Part shown: one piece after another, positions 55,401 through 64,000 of the stretch | Layout of the letters: every line of letters begins with the position of its first letter | Position numbering within the stretch: the stretch's first letter is position 1 | Program-made: the position numbers and the translations under genes | Notes under the pieces: model-generated | Database searches by the model: none | Told to the model about the DNA's origin: nothing | What the model saw: only the letters and a program-made list of their open reading frames with translations | From: a virus | Length of the DNA stretch: 64,000 nt | Virus record (IMG/VR): IMGVR_UViG_3300023196_003068 | Span: 10,409 to 74,408 of that record | Direction: 5' to 3' (one strand)

Positions 55401-57421
55401 TGTCCCAAGAAAGGTTTGTTAAACATTGTGTCTGGAGAATGGAATGTAAACTGATCTGGACTAACTCCCGTTAATGGTATATAATTTAGATATCTATTTT
55501 GATTAGTTATTGTACTTGAATTACCAGACAAAGGCTCATAGCTAGTTTCCTCAGAAGAATTAAACAAATCAGGAGTTATGCCATTAAAAGGATAATTAGG
55601 ATAGAGCCCAACACGACTACTTATAGAATCATCAATCGGAAACTGACGCATGTTATTTATAAGCCCCTTATAGAGAACAGTTCTATTGCCATCCCTACTG
55701 CCGCGAAGTATCTCATAACCGATAATACCAGGAATAGGATTATCATAATTATCTACAGGAGGCTGTACATTTTCAAATGCAACAGCCATTATTCTAATCT
55801 TATTCACACCTAAGACAGTCGTATAATGATTGGTAAGAGCATTAACTCCTGTGCCTGCATATAATGTGTTTTCGGGAAATCTATGATGCCTTATTCTATC
55901 CCCACATAAGTCAAAATCTTGATTCGTTGTCCCTCCTACAGGCTGTCCTGTATTCGGATTAATATATGTAGCATTCCATATCTCAGGAGTTTGATCGGGA
56001 TAAAACTCATCCGACTCCCAAAAACCCATCTCTCCCTCCCCAACAAGAATACCCCCATCAGGTTGAGCAACAGATGTTCCAGTACCGTTTGCAGTATTAA
56101 ACATCTCGAATACTTTAGAAGTAAGCCCTTGTTGCTCTTCAATATTATTATTCTCAACTACAAGATAGTCTTCATCTTCATTCATCTGAATAGCAGGGCC
56201 TGGTGCAGCAATGGGTATCTCATAAGGTTGCGAAACTCTACCGGGTATATGATAACTAGGAGTAACATCTCCTGTATGGTATCTAAATCTTATAAAGAAA
56301 GCATATACCTCATCTCTCATGTACCCTATATTACTTCCTCCATCTTTATAATAATTCTCTGGATACTCAACAAGCTGCCACTTCGTTCTAATCTGATTGG
56401 CATAAGGCTGGTAGTTAAAGTCAAATTTTCCAGTAATCCCCGTTCTGAATAAATACTTTCCTACATTAAATATACCCTCTGATTTATCAGCGATTGGGTT
56501 TGTTATAATAAGAGAATCGGGATCTACACTTACAAGAGTTGGGTCAACTAAATCTACTGTAACTTTATCTTGATTAGTGCTATAAATACCAAGTTGTTTT
56601 ACAGACATCTTATTAGCAATATGCTGTACTAATACTATTTCATACTGATCGAAATTATTTGTATCAAGATCGTCTACGGTAATATCTAAAGATGCATTAG
56701 TTTGGTCATGCTCAAATATGTGTTCTACATTTGACATTGGAAAATAATCAGTTACTCGTTGGCTATTTACCACATATGCTATGTGTACATAATAAGAACC
56801 ATTTAACACCGTCCCCCCTTGCGGACCCCTTTCAATTCTTGGGCATGGAGGGAGCATAAATATTTCAAGACGTATTTTATCACAATCTAACTCGTCTGTA
56901 TTCTCACAAATAATACATCCCGATGGATCTGGATTACAAATTTCTACCCATGGCACATCCCCCCTATCTATTGTTCTGTCTGGATTTAGATTATCCTGCC
57001 AATAAGCTCTATCTGAACAATCCCAAGTTGGACGACTTGCCCCTGTTATAGGGTGTGTACTTCTAAATCCAAGGCAGGGATCATTTGCCACCACCTCGTA
57101 AGTACAATCCTTTTCGTCAAATATTCCTATTTCACTACCGTTAAAATCATCTCCGGAAAATATCCACCATTTAGTTCCCACCATATGGAAGGCTCCAATA
57201 ATTTTATAGGGAGCTGACTTACAGAATTTATTGGATGGCTCATTCCCTATAGAATATAGGTCGCCTATATGAGAATTGTTTATAGCATTCCGAGCTCTTA
57301 CCCACGATCTTTTATCTAAATGAAAATCTCTGACATCGGTATTCAATCCTTTATCAAAAGTATTTACAGAACCTTGCATAGCACTAGGACTAGCAGAGCT
57401 TTTTTTTCTACTCTTAGCCAT
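52406..57421 (-). CDS. Tail muzzle / stabilization protein (P22 gp10-like) of crAss-like phages
   Basis: 1671 aa; FDKGLNTD N-terminal motif, YWQDNLNPDR, GYMRDEVYAF, IRHHRFP, FGGDIYI, WTVSFD...SHHDWHP; beta-rich; follows ring-protein genes. Confidence 0.82.
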   Translation of the reverse strand: MAKSRKKSSASPSAMQGSVNTFDKGLNTDVRDFHLDKRSWVRARNAINNSHIGDLYSIGNEPSNKFCKSAPYKIIGAFHMVGTKWWIFSGDDFNGSEIGIFDEKDCTYEVVANDPCLGFRSTHPITGASRPTWDCSDRAYWQDNLNPDRTIDRGDVPWVEICNPDPSGCIICENTDELDCDKIRLEIFMLPPCPRIERGPQGGTVLNGSYYVHIAYVVNSQRVTDYFPMSNVEHIFEHDQTNASLDITVDDLDTNNFDQYEIVLVQHIANKMSVKQLGIYSTNQDKVTVDLVDPTLVSVDPDSLIITNPIADKSEGIFNVGKYLFRTGITGKFDFNYQPYANQIRTKWQLVEYPENYYKDGGSNIGYMRDEVYAFFIRFRYHTGDVTPSYHIPGRVSQPYEIPIAAPGPAIQMNEDEDYLVVENNNIEEQQGLTSKVFEMFNTANGTGTSVAQPDGGILVGEGEMGFWESDEFYPDQTPEIWNATYINPNTGQPVGGTTNQDFDLCGDRIRHHRFPENTLYAGTGVNALTNHYTTVLGVNKIRIMAVAFENVQPPVDNYDNPIPGIIGYEILRGSRDGNRTVLYKGLINNMRQFPIDDSISSRVGLYPNYPFNGITPDLFNSSEETSYEPLSGNSSTITNQNRYLNYIPLTGVSPDQFTFHSPDTMFNKPFLGQKELKFSGIAFGKAEAGYLEVDGHPKHVFVTDIAFIVGVIIGVGYAITKYSGIVEKSWGRPTFYQYPQIIGGGNTSSYAYGYTSQTANTNFPPPGSQVSVQNIDNQIVLGDENRSQGLDGVDAVIGSETGNIQEEALFDTAHGQNSNQGSGITTGGGEVRRVDRTQIPDILKAIERIPAFVADVTEAADLTMDIISKASSTRQFALQYQAHCGYENFAHPYLDCRRRIIDEAIYLGSDMQNFKDDRLINNVLRPNTVALETTINAQNITGGLTDTTMSGIRISDLGNTNYLNKFVKNASSHYVAFKSRLRSQYGQVYSVQQIPASNCVIPIEEVNTPIIFGGDIYIGRYQEKNTFYHFYQWLLGQKDRAEFNYHLYDALQHTAFWMDTEPFDTTEFINSVINSISGMFTGGGMAAFFQNLVTPSDKACFDKLYDYGNPAGGFFTTKESFIYLFHSSVRDFFVESELNIDMRDWEDDNEKKHWAALQDLRAMFHPKNIRAGNYYSLDRSLSVYTLPFSKVSWGQMQDREYNPQKAETCYTYYPRRLQYSLPQQTLLKRDNWSAFLGNNFKDFASNVTTIKAVSSTGIMILFQNQAPGMYPGTDELQLKSGTTITVGDGGLFAREMQRISNTDKELEYGSCQSRRGAVNTPHGLFYISQEQGKVFKVGKALQELTVKHNKYWFNQYLPYQILINFPDYDLLDNPVSGVGCQTIYDNEWGFIYFCKRDFRAKPEWLNKMVYKGNGIFVVDQITNVQIGNPLYFDDASWTVSFDADTGEYISHHDWHPNLHMSGKNTFLTIKDDGIWRHNDRCDSYCNFYGEDYPFEVGFQVDTTPTVVTLRNVEYLMQAYEFSENCRDRFHVLDFNFDEAIIYNSEQVSGLLKLNLEPKNNVSSLVEYPIVGLNNIDILYSKEEQKYRFNQFWDVTKDRGEYSIANNTIWYTKPNGYVTDLNPNNLNYVKHEFQRKKFRHNNTRLLLRRTVSGNKKMMLLLSNTKVQISPR

Positions 57422-58359
57422 TATGCAAACATTTTATAATACTTATTAAACATTGATGTCCGATTCATGCTCCATATTTCATGTAACTCTTCAAAATCAG
57501 GAGTATTAACTATACCATTTGCGACTACCCTTGCCTCTCTATACTTCCCCATAATAAGTTTAGCAAAGCCGGCATTCACTGTTTCGTTATTACCCATGAG
57601 TATTTCAAGTATTCTTTCCTTAAAGGCATACTCATAATATTCATTAATTAATGGATGATCCAAAACAAGTAAGTTGCCATCATCATCCTCCATTAATCCT
57701 TGATAATTTAAATATAACGTTCCGCTTTTAAAGGATAAGAAGACATGGCCCTCACGAATAAAGCCTCCTTCTTTTGACATCCAGGATTTATTGGGACATA
57801 ATGGATCAAAATAATTATCATCACCCGTAATTTTAATCTTATAAAACTGAGACCACTTTCTAGTTTGATACTTAATTTTCTGAATCAATTGCATTTCATC
57901 TCCCTTACAATTAATCCAAGTGCTACAATTACAGGTGTTGCAACCACAAGGCTCTGGAGCCTGACAAGGATCGGGACATTCCGGATCGGGTGGACAAGGA
58001 TCGGGTGTCGCACAAATATCAATACTCTTTACACCAGGCTGATAGGTTGGAGCATTTAAAGGAACCTCTTCAACATGCGTGCCTTGTGGGAAGGCAGTTA
58101 CTGTTTCAAAATTCCCCAACATATAGGTATAATTTAATACTAAAAAATCATCGGGAAGTTTAGCTTTCCCATTCTCAACATCTAAAACAACATTCTTAGT
58201 TTTATGTATCCTCAATCCCAAGTCATAATTAACTCTTTTAACTACCTTAATTAACTGATGAGGTTTAATTAAATCCTCAAGATTATATGCCTCAAAATCA
58301 CCTTTAACTGAAGCCAATAGTTGATCGAAAGTTCTGTATTTTAAAGTATAGTTGTTCAT
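57421..58359 (-). CDS. Tail ring (tubular) protein with Cys/Pro-rich insertion
   Basis: KAKLPDDF, SFKSGTLYLNYQG...DDDGN.LV.DHP...EYYEY; immediately upstream of the muzzle gene. Confidence 0.78.
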   Translation of the reverse strand: MNNYTLKYRTFDQLLASVKGDFEAYNLEDLIKPHQLIKVVKRVNYDLGLRIHKTKNVVLDVENGKAKLPDDFLVLNYTYMLGNFETVTAFPQGTHVEEVPLNAPTYQPGVKSIDICATPDPCPPDPECPDPCQAPEPCGCNTCNCSTWINCKGDEMQLIQKIKYQTRKWSQFYKIKITGDDNYFDPLCPNKSWMSKEGGFIREGHVFLSFKSGTLYLNYQGLMEDDDGNLLVLDHPLINEYYEYAFKERILEILMGNNETVNAGFAKLIMGKYREARVVANGIVNTPDFEELHEIWSMNRTSMFNKYYKMFA

Positions 58360-58363
58360 GTCT

Positions 58364-59035
58364 TTATCTTAAAATGTTTTGTCCATCATCTGCGCCATCA
58401 TCCGGAATCTTAAATGTTACTCCAAACTCTTGTTCAGCCATCTGTTCTACCTCTGCAAATAGGTACTCAGGTAAAGGGAAAGGCCTATCTTGCATTGATG
58501 CACAATTATCATCATTGAGAGTACAAAACCCATCAAGAACATCCTCCCATAATGCTTCAATCATAACAGCCTCTACTTTAGTATCTGGAAAATACAAATA
58601 TCCATTGCGATACCAAAAATATTTTGCCTTATTATACTTAAGGCATGTGTCCATGGATATAGAAATGTATTGAGCTGCAGTAGTTTTATAAAAAGTCTCT
58701 GAGCCATCTACAGAATAAACCTTTCGTATCAGTGGCCCTTTTACCCCATTAAAAACTTTAGGTAGTTTGATCTCTGTTTTTTTAATCGTGCAGTTAGTTT
58801 TAATCGGAGCACACTCAGCCTCTATAGTATTTGTATCTACTAAGTCCACAAAAGATAACATCTCAAACAAATCATCATGCCCCATTAGTTTTTTCTCATT
58901 CTGCTGTCTTCTTAAGGCAACCTTTGCATACTTTGATATAATGCTATATATAAAACGATCTGTAAGAAACGCATCTTCTTGTGATGCTTTCATTATTCCC
59001 CTAACTCTAGAAATAGATTCTCCTATTGTGGTCAT
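58364..59035 (-). CDS. Tail ring protein
   Basis: TDRFI, LPK, YFWYRNGYLY, FPLPEYL...IP.D motifs; conserved position in the crAss-like tail block. Confidence 0.7.
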   Translation of the reverse strand: MTTIGESISRVRGIMKASQEDAFLTDRFIYSIISKYAKVALRRQQNEKKLMGHDDLFEMLSFVDLVDTNTIEAECAPIKTNCTIKKTEIKLPKVFNGVKGPLIRKVYSVDGSETFYKTTAAQYISISMDTCLKYNKAKYFWYRNGYLYFPDTKVEAVMIEALWEDVLDGFCTLNDDNCASMQDRPFPLPEYLFAEVEQMAEQEFGVTFKIPDDGADDGQNILR

Positions 59036-59039
59036 CTTG

Positions 59040-59546
59040 TTATTTTAAAATAGAATTAATACTAATGCTTTTATTGTCTACATAAATATACTTTGCCCAA
59101 AGCTTTCTATAAATACTAGAAACCTTTTGCTTAAAGCTTTTTGTAGCAGTGAACCCCCATAAGTGACTATATCTAACTGAATGTTTTCCTGTATAATATA
59201 CAATCTTCCCTATCCTATCGTCTGTATCTAAGTTTCTATAATATGTTAATACTCCGGTCTTATTAGATTCCCCAAAATTAATTGCCCTTTTTTTCTTACT
59301 TCTAGGAAAGGACATAATTAATATGTGCCCTATAAGTTCTGGCAAAGCTATTCCATTTCTGCTAATAGATATTTCCTCAACAATATTCTTATTAAACTGC
59401 TTTATTATAGTATTAAACTCAGTGAGCGTGATCTCTTTATATTCTGGATACTCCTTCTTAAATTCACTTAATGAAGCTGCGTTCATTATTCGTGTTGCTT
59501 TTCGCTTTACTCTAGACTTATTTATGTTTGGTGTTTTATAGCTCAT
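59040..59546 (-). CDS. IHF/HU-like basic protein
   Basis: IIKQFNKNIVEEI...GIALPELIGHI...INFGES; very basic; typical position beside crAss-like ring genes. Confidence 0.65.
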   Translation of the reverse strand: MSYKTPNINKSRVKRKATRIMNAASLSEFKKEYPEYKEITLTEFNTIIKQFNKNIVEEISISRNGIALPELIGHILIMSFPRSKKKRAINFGESNKTGVLTYYRNLDTDDRIGKIVYYTGKHSVRYSHLWGFTATKSFKQKVSSIYRKLWAKYIYVDNKSISINSILK

Positions 59547-59620
59547 ACCTTAATATAATATAGTGATAATTAATGAGGTTTACAATACCACACTCACCTT
59601 CAAATGTAGGCATTTATCAC

Positions 59621-59650
59621 AAAAAACCCTGATTGATTTCTCAACCAGGG
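59621..59650 (-). terminator. Intrinsic terminator after the collagen cluster
   Basis: Minus strand CCCTGGTTGA-GAAA-TCAATCAGGG-TTTTTT. Confidence 0.85.
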
Positions 59651-59695
59651 CCTAGTCAGCCACAAAGAAACCAACCAACTGTGACATCTTTAATA

Positions 59696-60352
59696 TTACG
59701 AATCAAGTTGCTGTACAAAAAACTGCGCCTGCTCTAATACCATACCGGCACCTGCATTTTTTGTTTTAAACTTTAAACTAACTGTTTCTCCGTCGGCTAA
59801 TGTTAACTTTTTAAATATTGATATATTCTCCGGAATCAATCCCGTTGTAAATTGAAACTCCACTGGTCTATTATTGGGCGTAGTTATCACTGTTTCAGTA
59901 GTGGTTTGATTTACCGGCAACCCCGTATTATCCATCAATAGCCCTATAAGAGCAAATGGTCCTTCGTGTTGCCATTCTATAGTATCAATACTATTGGTAG
60001 TTCTTATAATAGCACCGTCAACCCACAGATTTACTTCATTCTGCAAGAGTGTTGTAGATTGAGCATCCCATGTAGCTTGGGCAAATACTACAAGATCGGC
60101 TCCTGTATTATTTGTATAACTTAAAGTTTGATAACCAACTGAAGGAAACATATATACATCATATGGTCCGGGAAGTAATCCTAAATCAACTGACTCTATA
60201 TTTTCAGCATAACTATTTATCTTATTCACAACGCCACTTCCTTCAGGCCCTTCTGGACCAGGGGGGCCTTGTACTCCAGGAACTCCCTGAAGTCCTCTCT
60301 CTCCTTTTTGGGAAGAAGAACAATCGCACCTACAATTACATTTACAACTCAT
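59696..60352 (-). CDS. Short collagen-like fibre protein with Cys-rich N-terminus
   Basis: MSCKCNCRCDC...GERGLQG, about 7 Gly-X-Y triplets, beta-rich C-terminal head. Confidence 0.8.
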   Translation of the reverse strand: MSCKCNCRCDCSSSQKGERGLQGVPGVQGPPGPEGPEGSGVVNKINSYAENIESVDLGLLPGPYDVYMFPSVGYQTLSYTNNTGADLVVFAQATWDAQSTTLLQNEVNLWVDGAIIRTTNSIDTIEWQHEGPFALIGLLMDNTGLPVNQTTTETVITTPNNRPVEFQFTTGLIPENISIFKKLTLADGETVSLKFKTKNAGAGMVLEQAQFFVQQLDS

Positions 60353-60368
60353 ATCTTTTTCTTAATAA

Positions 60369-61253
60369 TTAAATAGCATCAAAAGCAGCTTGAATATCTA
60401 CAATTGATGTTGTTAGTGGAAGATGGTATTGGAAATTAAAATAAACAGAGCATCCTCCAAAATCATATCCATCACTCATATTTACATCAAATTCAATTGC
60501 TGTTGCAGAGGCAATCGTTTCCCTATTATCTGTAGCCACTGTAAATCCACTTCCATAAGTAAAATGATCAGGAATAAAGTCACCGCTACTAAATATTGAA
60601 CATTCCTCTAACAAGTGGGATGGGATACCTAAAGCTGGATCTCCAAGTCCTTGTCTTTCTTCTGCAGTACCAAATCCAAATTTACCATCTGTTGTTAAAT
60701 AGGAGTATGGAGATAGTGCTTTTAGAGTATATCTTTTTTCAGTATAGTCTGTTGTTAAAGCTACAGTCCTATACAGATGTCCTCCGGTCTGTTTATTAGC
60801 ATAAGTAAAAATCTCAGGATGTAATGTAGGAGGAAGAATTTGAGTATGTGATTCTATTCTTCCTGCAGGTATTTTTGTATATCCCCCATCGGAACCTCTA
60901 TATAAATCAGCATACCAAGAGTTTGGATAAGAATCTTCATTTGCATTTAAATTTAATCCATCCGGTGTACTAGATAATGGTAATTTATAAATACCATTAA
61001 TAGTTACAACTCTATCTACAATTCTAAATTGAGGAATACTTGCTCCTATTACTATTGGAGCTATACCATATCCATTAACAAGGGTATATATAGGGAGATT
61101 CTTCCAACCGCTATCGTATTGAACACTATCTGAACCATCGTTTCCTGGTAGACCTTGGATGCCCTGTGGTCCTTCAGGGCCTTGAATACCCCTTAATCCT
61201 CTCTCCCCCTTTTGAGGTACACAACATCTACTATCTCCACAATTACAACTCAT
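60369..61253 (-). CDS. Short collagen-like fibre protein with Cys-rich N-terminus
   Basis: MSCNCGDSRCC...GERGLRG, about 9 triplets, then YDSGWKNL...QFRIVDRVVTING tail-fibre-like domain. Confidence 0.8.
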   Translation of the reverse strand: MSCNCGDSRCCVPQKGERGLRGIQGPEGPQGIQGLPGNDGSDSVQYDSGWKNLPIYTLVNGYGIAPIVIGASIPQFRIVDRVVTINGIYKLPLSSTPDGLNLNANEDSYPNSWYADLYRGSDGGYTKIPAGRIESHTQILPPTLHPEIFTYANKQTGGHLYRTVALTTDYTEKRYTLKALSPYSYLTTDGKFGFGTAEERQGLGDPALGIPSHLLEECSIFSSGDFIPDHFTYGSGFTVATDNRETIASATAIEFDVNMSDGYDFGGCSVYFNFQYHLPLTTSIVDIQAAFDAI

Positions 61254-61264
61254 AATTCTTTTTT

Positions 61265-62008
61265 TTATGTTAGCGTTGGAAGTAATCCTCCTGCTAAATT
61301 TGCTTTAATAACTAACCACTCCTCGCCTCCTATATAAAGAAAGGTGAAGCAATCCTTATAATTTGTAGGGGCAAGCTGCAATAAGGGGCTTCCCGGATTA
61401 GATCCATTTGCACCAATAACAGTGCTGAAACCAACATTTGATTGAGACCCATTCATTTGAATAACCTGATTCTGCATGACTTCTACATGCCATTCGGATG
61501 TTCCTATGGAGCCATATATATTTATAATATCGCCTACAACAGGTGTAATGGCAGTCCAAGCGCCCGAAAGCCTATACCATCTTAAGCCATTGTTTCTTAC
61601 AATACGTGTCTGATTAACATTTATATTAGAAGTGCCTATAATTGGAGGCACTGATGCAAAGGGGAATTCATCCAAAAAAGGATTTTGAGCATCTACAGCA
61701 TCGCTCCCTCTAGCCCCATCAGTACCGTTAGTGCCATCTAATCCGGGAAGTCCTTGATCTCCTTGCGGCCCTTCGGGGCCATCTGGTCCAGTAGGGCCCG
61801 TTATAGGAATATTTGCATCTGGCCCAGGATCTCCTTGAATCCCTATTATTCCATCAGGCCCAGGACTGCCTTGCCCTCCTTGATTTCCTTGATTTCCTTG
61901 TTCTCCAATTTCACCAGGAATACCATCAATTCCAGCAGGACCTGCTAATCCAGAGAAACCTTTTTCTCCGTCAACACAATCACATGGTATGGGATTACAA
62001 TCATTCAT
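61265..62008 (-). CDS. Collagen-like fibre protein
   Basis: [17 protein letters not shown], about 30 triplets with one interruption, C-terminal GDIINI...YKDCFTFLYIGGEEW domain. Confidence 0.82.
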   Translation of the reverse strand: MNDCNPIPCDCVDGEKGFSGLAGPAGIDGIPGEIGEQGNQGNQGGQGSPGPDGIIGIQGDPGPDANIPITGPTGPDGPEGPQGDQGLPGLDGTNGTDGARGSDAVDAQNPFLDEFPFASVPPIIGTSNINVNQTRIVRNNGLRWYRLSGAWTAITPVVGDIINIYGSIGTSEWHVEVMQNQVIQMNGSQSNVGFSTVIGANGSNPGSPLLQLAPTNYKDCFTFLYIGGEEWLVIKANLAGGLLPTLT

Positions 62009-62685
62009 TATGAAAAATAAGGTATACTATTATTAGCAAATATGACATCCGTCATAATCCATTTTCCTGTTCCATCTGCAATCAAATGTATTACATCAGA
62101 ATAATTACTTGCCAATAAAACAACTTCTCCACCAGGACTTGTTTCCCAATCATATGCCGTTTGATTTGTTAACTGTATAGTATCAGTTCCTAATGCTACT
62201 AATTTCCATCCTCCTGTACCCTGAATAGTTCCTGCAATAGAAATAACATCTCCGAGTAATACCCCTAAAGGAAGTTCTATTGTTACAAAATCTGTATTCT
62301 TTAGGATTAGCCCTGAGTTTCCTACAGGCGTAAGTGTTGTAGGAACTGCTGAAGTATCTATACTCCAAGTAATTCGCCCTTGACCGTTTGCTCCAGGAGC
62401 TCCATTGGTTCCGTTAGTTCCATTTGGACCTTGTATTCCTTGTATCCCTTGTGGACCAACCGCACCCGTTGGTCCTGCGGGGCCTGTAACATTAATACCG
62501 TTAACTCCCGGAGGGCCTTGTAAACCTTGATCTCCCTGTATGCCTTGTAATCCAGGGATGCCTTGTAATCCAGGGATACCCGGAGGCCCTTGATTACCTT
62601 GAGCACCCTGAGAGCCTTGTAACCCTTGGTCACCCCTTGGCCCTCTTTCGCCATCCTTACAACCACATTCATTACAATGTCCCAT
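62008..62685 (-). CDS. Collagen-like fibre protein
   Basis: [18 protein letters not shown], about 30 triplets, C-terminal TIELP...GDVISI...GGW...[12 protein letters not shown] domain similar to the 61265 gene. Confidence 0.82.
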   Translation of the reverse strand: MGHCNECGCKDGERGPRGDQGLQGSQGAQGNQGPPGIPGLQGIPGLQGIQGDQGLQGPPGVNGINVTGPAGPTGAVGPQGIQGIQGPNGTNGTNGAPGANGQGRITWSIDTSAVPTTLTPVGNSGLILKNTDFVTIELPLGVLLGDVISIAGTIQGTGGWKLVALGTDTIQLTNQTAYDWETSPGGEVVLLASNYSDVIHLIADGTGKWIMTDVIFANNSIPYFS

Positions 62686-62686
62686 C

Positions 62687-63520
62687 CTAGTTTAGTTTAT
62701 TCAAATACATTACTGCCTTTTTTAATACTACTTGATCTGCGCCCAATACAAGATTATCAGCAAAAATCTCAAAAGACATTGGCGTGGTCAAATCATAAGT
62801 AGTTGTAAAAGTTGCAATGGTTGTAATAGAGAAAACCGGGCCAACTAATGTTTTAGTTACATCTTCTATTGTCCATAATTGACTCGCTGAATTAATACGA
62901 GCTATTTTGATCTTAATAAAACGAATATCATTATTAGCATTTTGATAGCTATATGAATATCTATTAGCTGCATTCATATCGAATATGATATCTACTGTAT
63001 CACTAGCAAAGTATTCTGTATGAATAAATAGCTCAAGCTCATCCCCGTTGTTAGATAAAGTATTTCCTACAATATCCTGACGAAAAAGCAAAGTTTCATC
63101 ACCAATAGCATCAGAATTTCCAATTCCTGTTGTATCGTTATATGCTCCTAAGATATATCTACCAATGCCCGCAGCTCCAGTTAAACCAGTTGGGCCTTGT
63201 ATTCCCTGTATTCCTTGAGCTCCTGGGCTTCCATCAGCTCCAGCTGCACCATCTGACCCCGGACTTCCAACAGGCCCAGGAATCCCCTGAGTACCATCCA
63301 CCCCAGGAACCCCCGCATGACCCGTAATACCTTGAATACCCTGATCTCCTTTATCGCCTTTATCTCCTTTCAACCCAACAGCCCCAGCTAAACCCTGCAA
63401 TCCTTGAGGCCCCTTAGCCCCCTGTGCTCCTACAGATCCAGAAGTACCAGTATCTCCCGTTGTTCCAGGCAACCCTCTAGGTCCTCTTTCTCCATCTTTG
63501 CATCCACAATCACAACTCAT
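62687..63520 (-). CDS. Collagen-like fibre protein
   Basis: [16 protein letters not shown], about 36 uninterrupted triplets, beta-sandwich-like head. Confidence 0.82.
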   Translation of the reverse strand: MSCDCGCKDGERGPRGLPGTTGDTGTSGSVGAQGAKGPQGLQGLAGAVGLKGDKGDKGDQGIQGITGHAGVPGVDGTQGIPGPVGSPGSDGAAGADGSPGAQGIQGIQGPTGLTGAAGIGRYILGAYNDTTGIGNSDAIGDETLLFRQDIVGNTLSNNGDELELFIHTEYFASDTVDIIFDMNAANRYSYSYQNANNDIRFIKIKIARINSASQLWTIEDVTKTLVGPVFSITTIATFTTTYDLTTPMSFEIFADNLVLGADQVVLKKAVMYLNKLN

Positions 63521-63554
63521 TATTAATATATTTAGTTAAGTAACTTTTATTTGT

Positions 63555-63998
63555 TTATGCATATACCTCTATTCTAATATTAGCATTACCCATCATATCA
63601 TCAGCAAGAGTTCCTGTAGCATCAAAAGTTCTTATTTGAACAGTATCATCCGTAAGCCTTGTCATTTGTAAAAATCCAGCTACTGTAAGAACAAAACCTT
63701 GAGTTAATATACAAACAACTGTTCCTGTAAAAGCACCTACTAAAGTTCCAGTATAAACTCCTGTAGAATCATAATTCCAAGATATAGTACCTATACTATT
63801 ACCATTTGTTGGTGTGGTCAATATTGGAGCAGCTCCTCCTGTCTGACTAATTAATCCTGTTAAAAACGTATCATAAGTTTGAAGGGCAGTAACATCAGAC
63901 TGCAGGGTTGTTATATCTCCTTGAATGGTAGTTACATCCCCTTGAATAGTAGTAATATCTCCTTGTATGGTAACTATGTTTCCTTGGATTGTAACAAT
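63555..63998 (-). CDS. Coiled-coil fibre protein, 5'-truncated by window edge
   Basis: Frame is open to the window end: heptads IVTIQGN-IVTIQGD-ITTIQGD-VTTIQGD-ITTLQSD-VTALQ, then SQTGGAAP...GVYTGTLVGAF...IRIEVY head. Confidence 0.8.
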   Translation of the reverse strand: MVTIQGNIVTIQGDITTIQGDVTTIQGDITTLQSDVTALQTYDTFLTGLISQTGGAAPILTTPTNGNSIGTISWNYDSTGVYTGTLVGAFTGTVVCILTQGFVLTVAGFLQMTRLTDDTVQIRTFDATGTLADDMMGNANIRIEVYA

Positions 63999-64000
63999 GT

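Noticed and set aside
12966-63327. Numerous short + strand ORFs and alternate-frame ORFs within the structural module
   Set aside because: They are antisense or off-frame shadows of long minus-strand genes, with Ser/Phe/Leu/Ile-rich composition and no motifs.
1-64000. Stop-codon reassignment (TAG or TGA), common in some crAss-like phages
   Set aside because: Giant ORFs are intact in the standard code, and TAG (e.g. 7696, 18587) and TGA (e.g. 2254, 5872) occur at tight gene junctions as real stops. No suppressor tRNA seen.
59696-64000. Periodic DNA repeats resembling a CRISPR array or VNTR (including the 18-bp duplication at ~62542-62577)
   Set aside because: Periodicity is explained by Gly-X-Y and heptad coding; there is no repeat-spacer architecture.

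Overview
AT-rich 64-kb segment of a crAss-like (Crassvirales-type) podophage genome read in the standard genetic code. The host is probably an aerobic Bacteroidota, inferred from a TTTG-N19-TAnnTTTG promoter and an O2-dependent AlkB-like domain. The + strand (1-12688) is a replication/early module: VWA and MoxR-type AAA ATPase, PD-(D/E)xK nuclease, family B DNA polymerase, DUF932-like protein, WGR-fused ATP-dependent ligase, Mom-like DNA-modification enzyme and many small ORFs. The - strand (12685-64000) is a convergent virion module: coiled-coil fibre, five Cys-capped collagen-like proteins, IHF-like protein, two ring proteins, muzzle protein, then nine putative ejected cargo genes including a 4597-aa virion RNA polymerase (DFDFD). 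Main observation: four consecutive cargo proteins (9100 aa in total) contain, by my manual scan, only six cysteines, all within 5 residues of the gene-to-gene junctions. This is the pattern expected of a head-to-tail disulfide-coupled cargo train. Also notable: a tail of SLOG/DUF4326/NADAR/AlkB-like domains on the RNAP, recurrent xxGG motifs in other cargo proteins, a cargo gene bracketed by a perfect 38-bp in-frame direct repeat, and an unnamed domain shared by two cargo proteins. All family calls are by motif recognition; no database searches were run.
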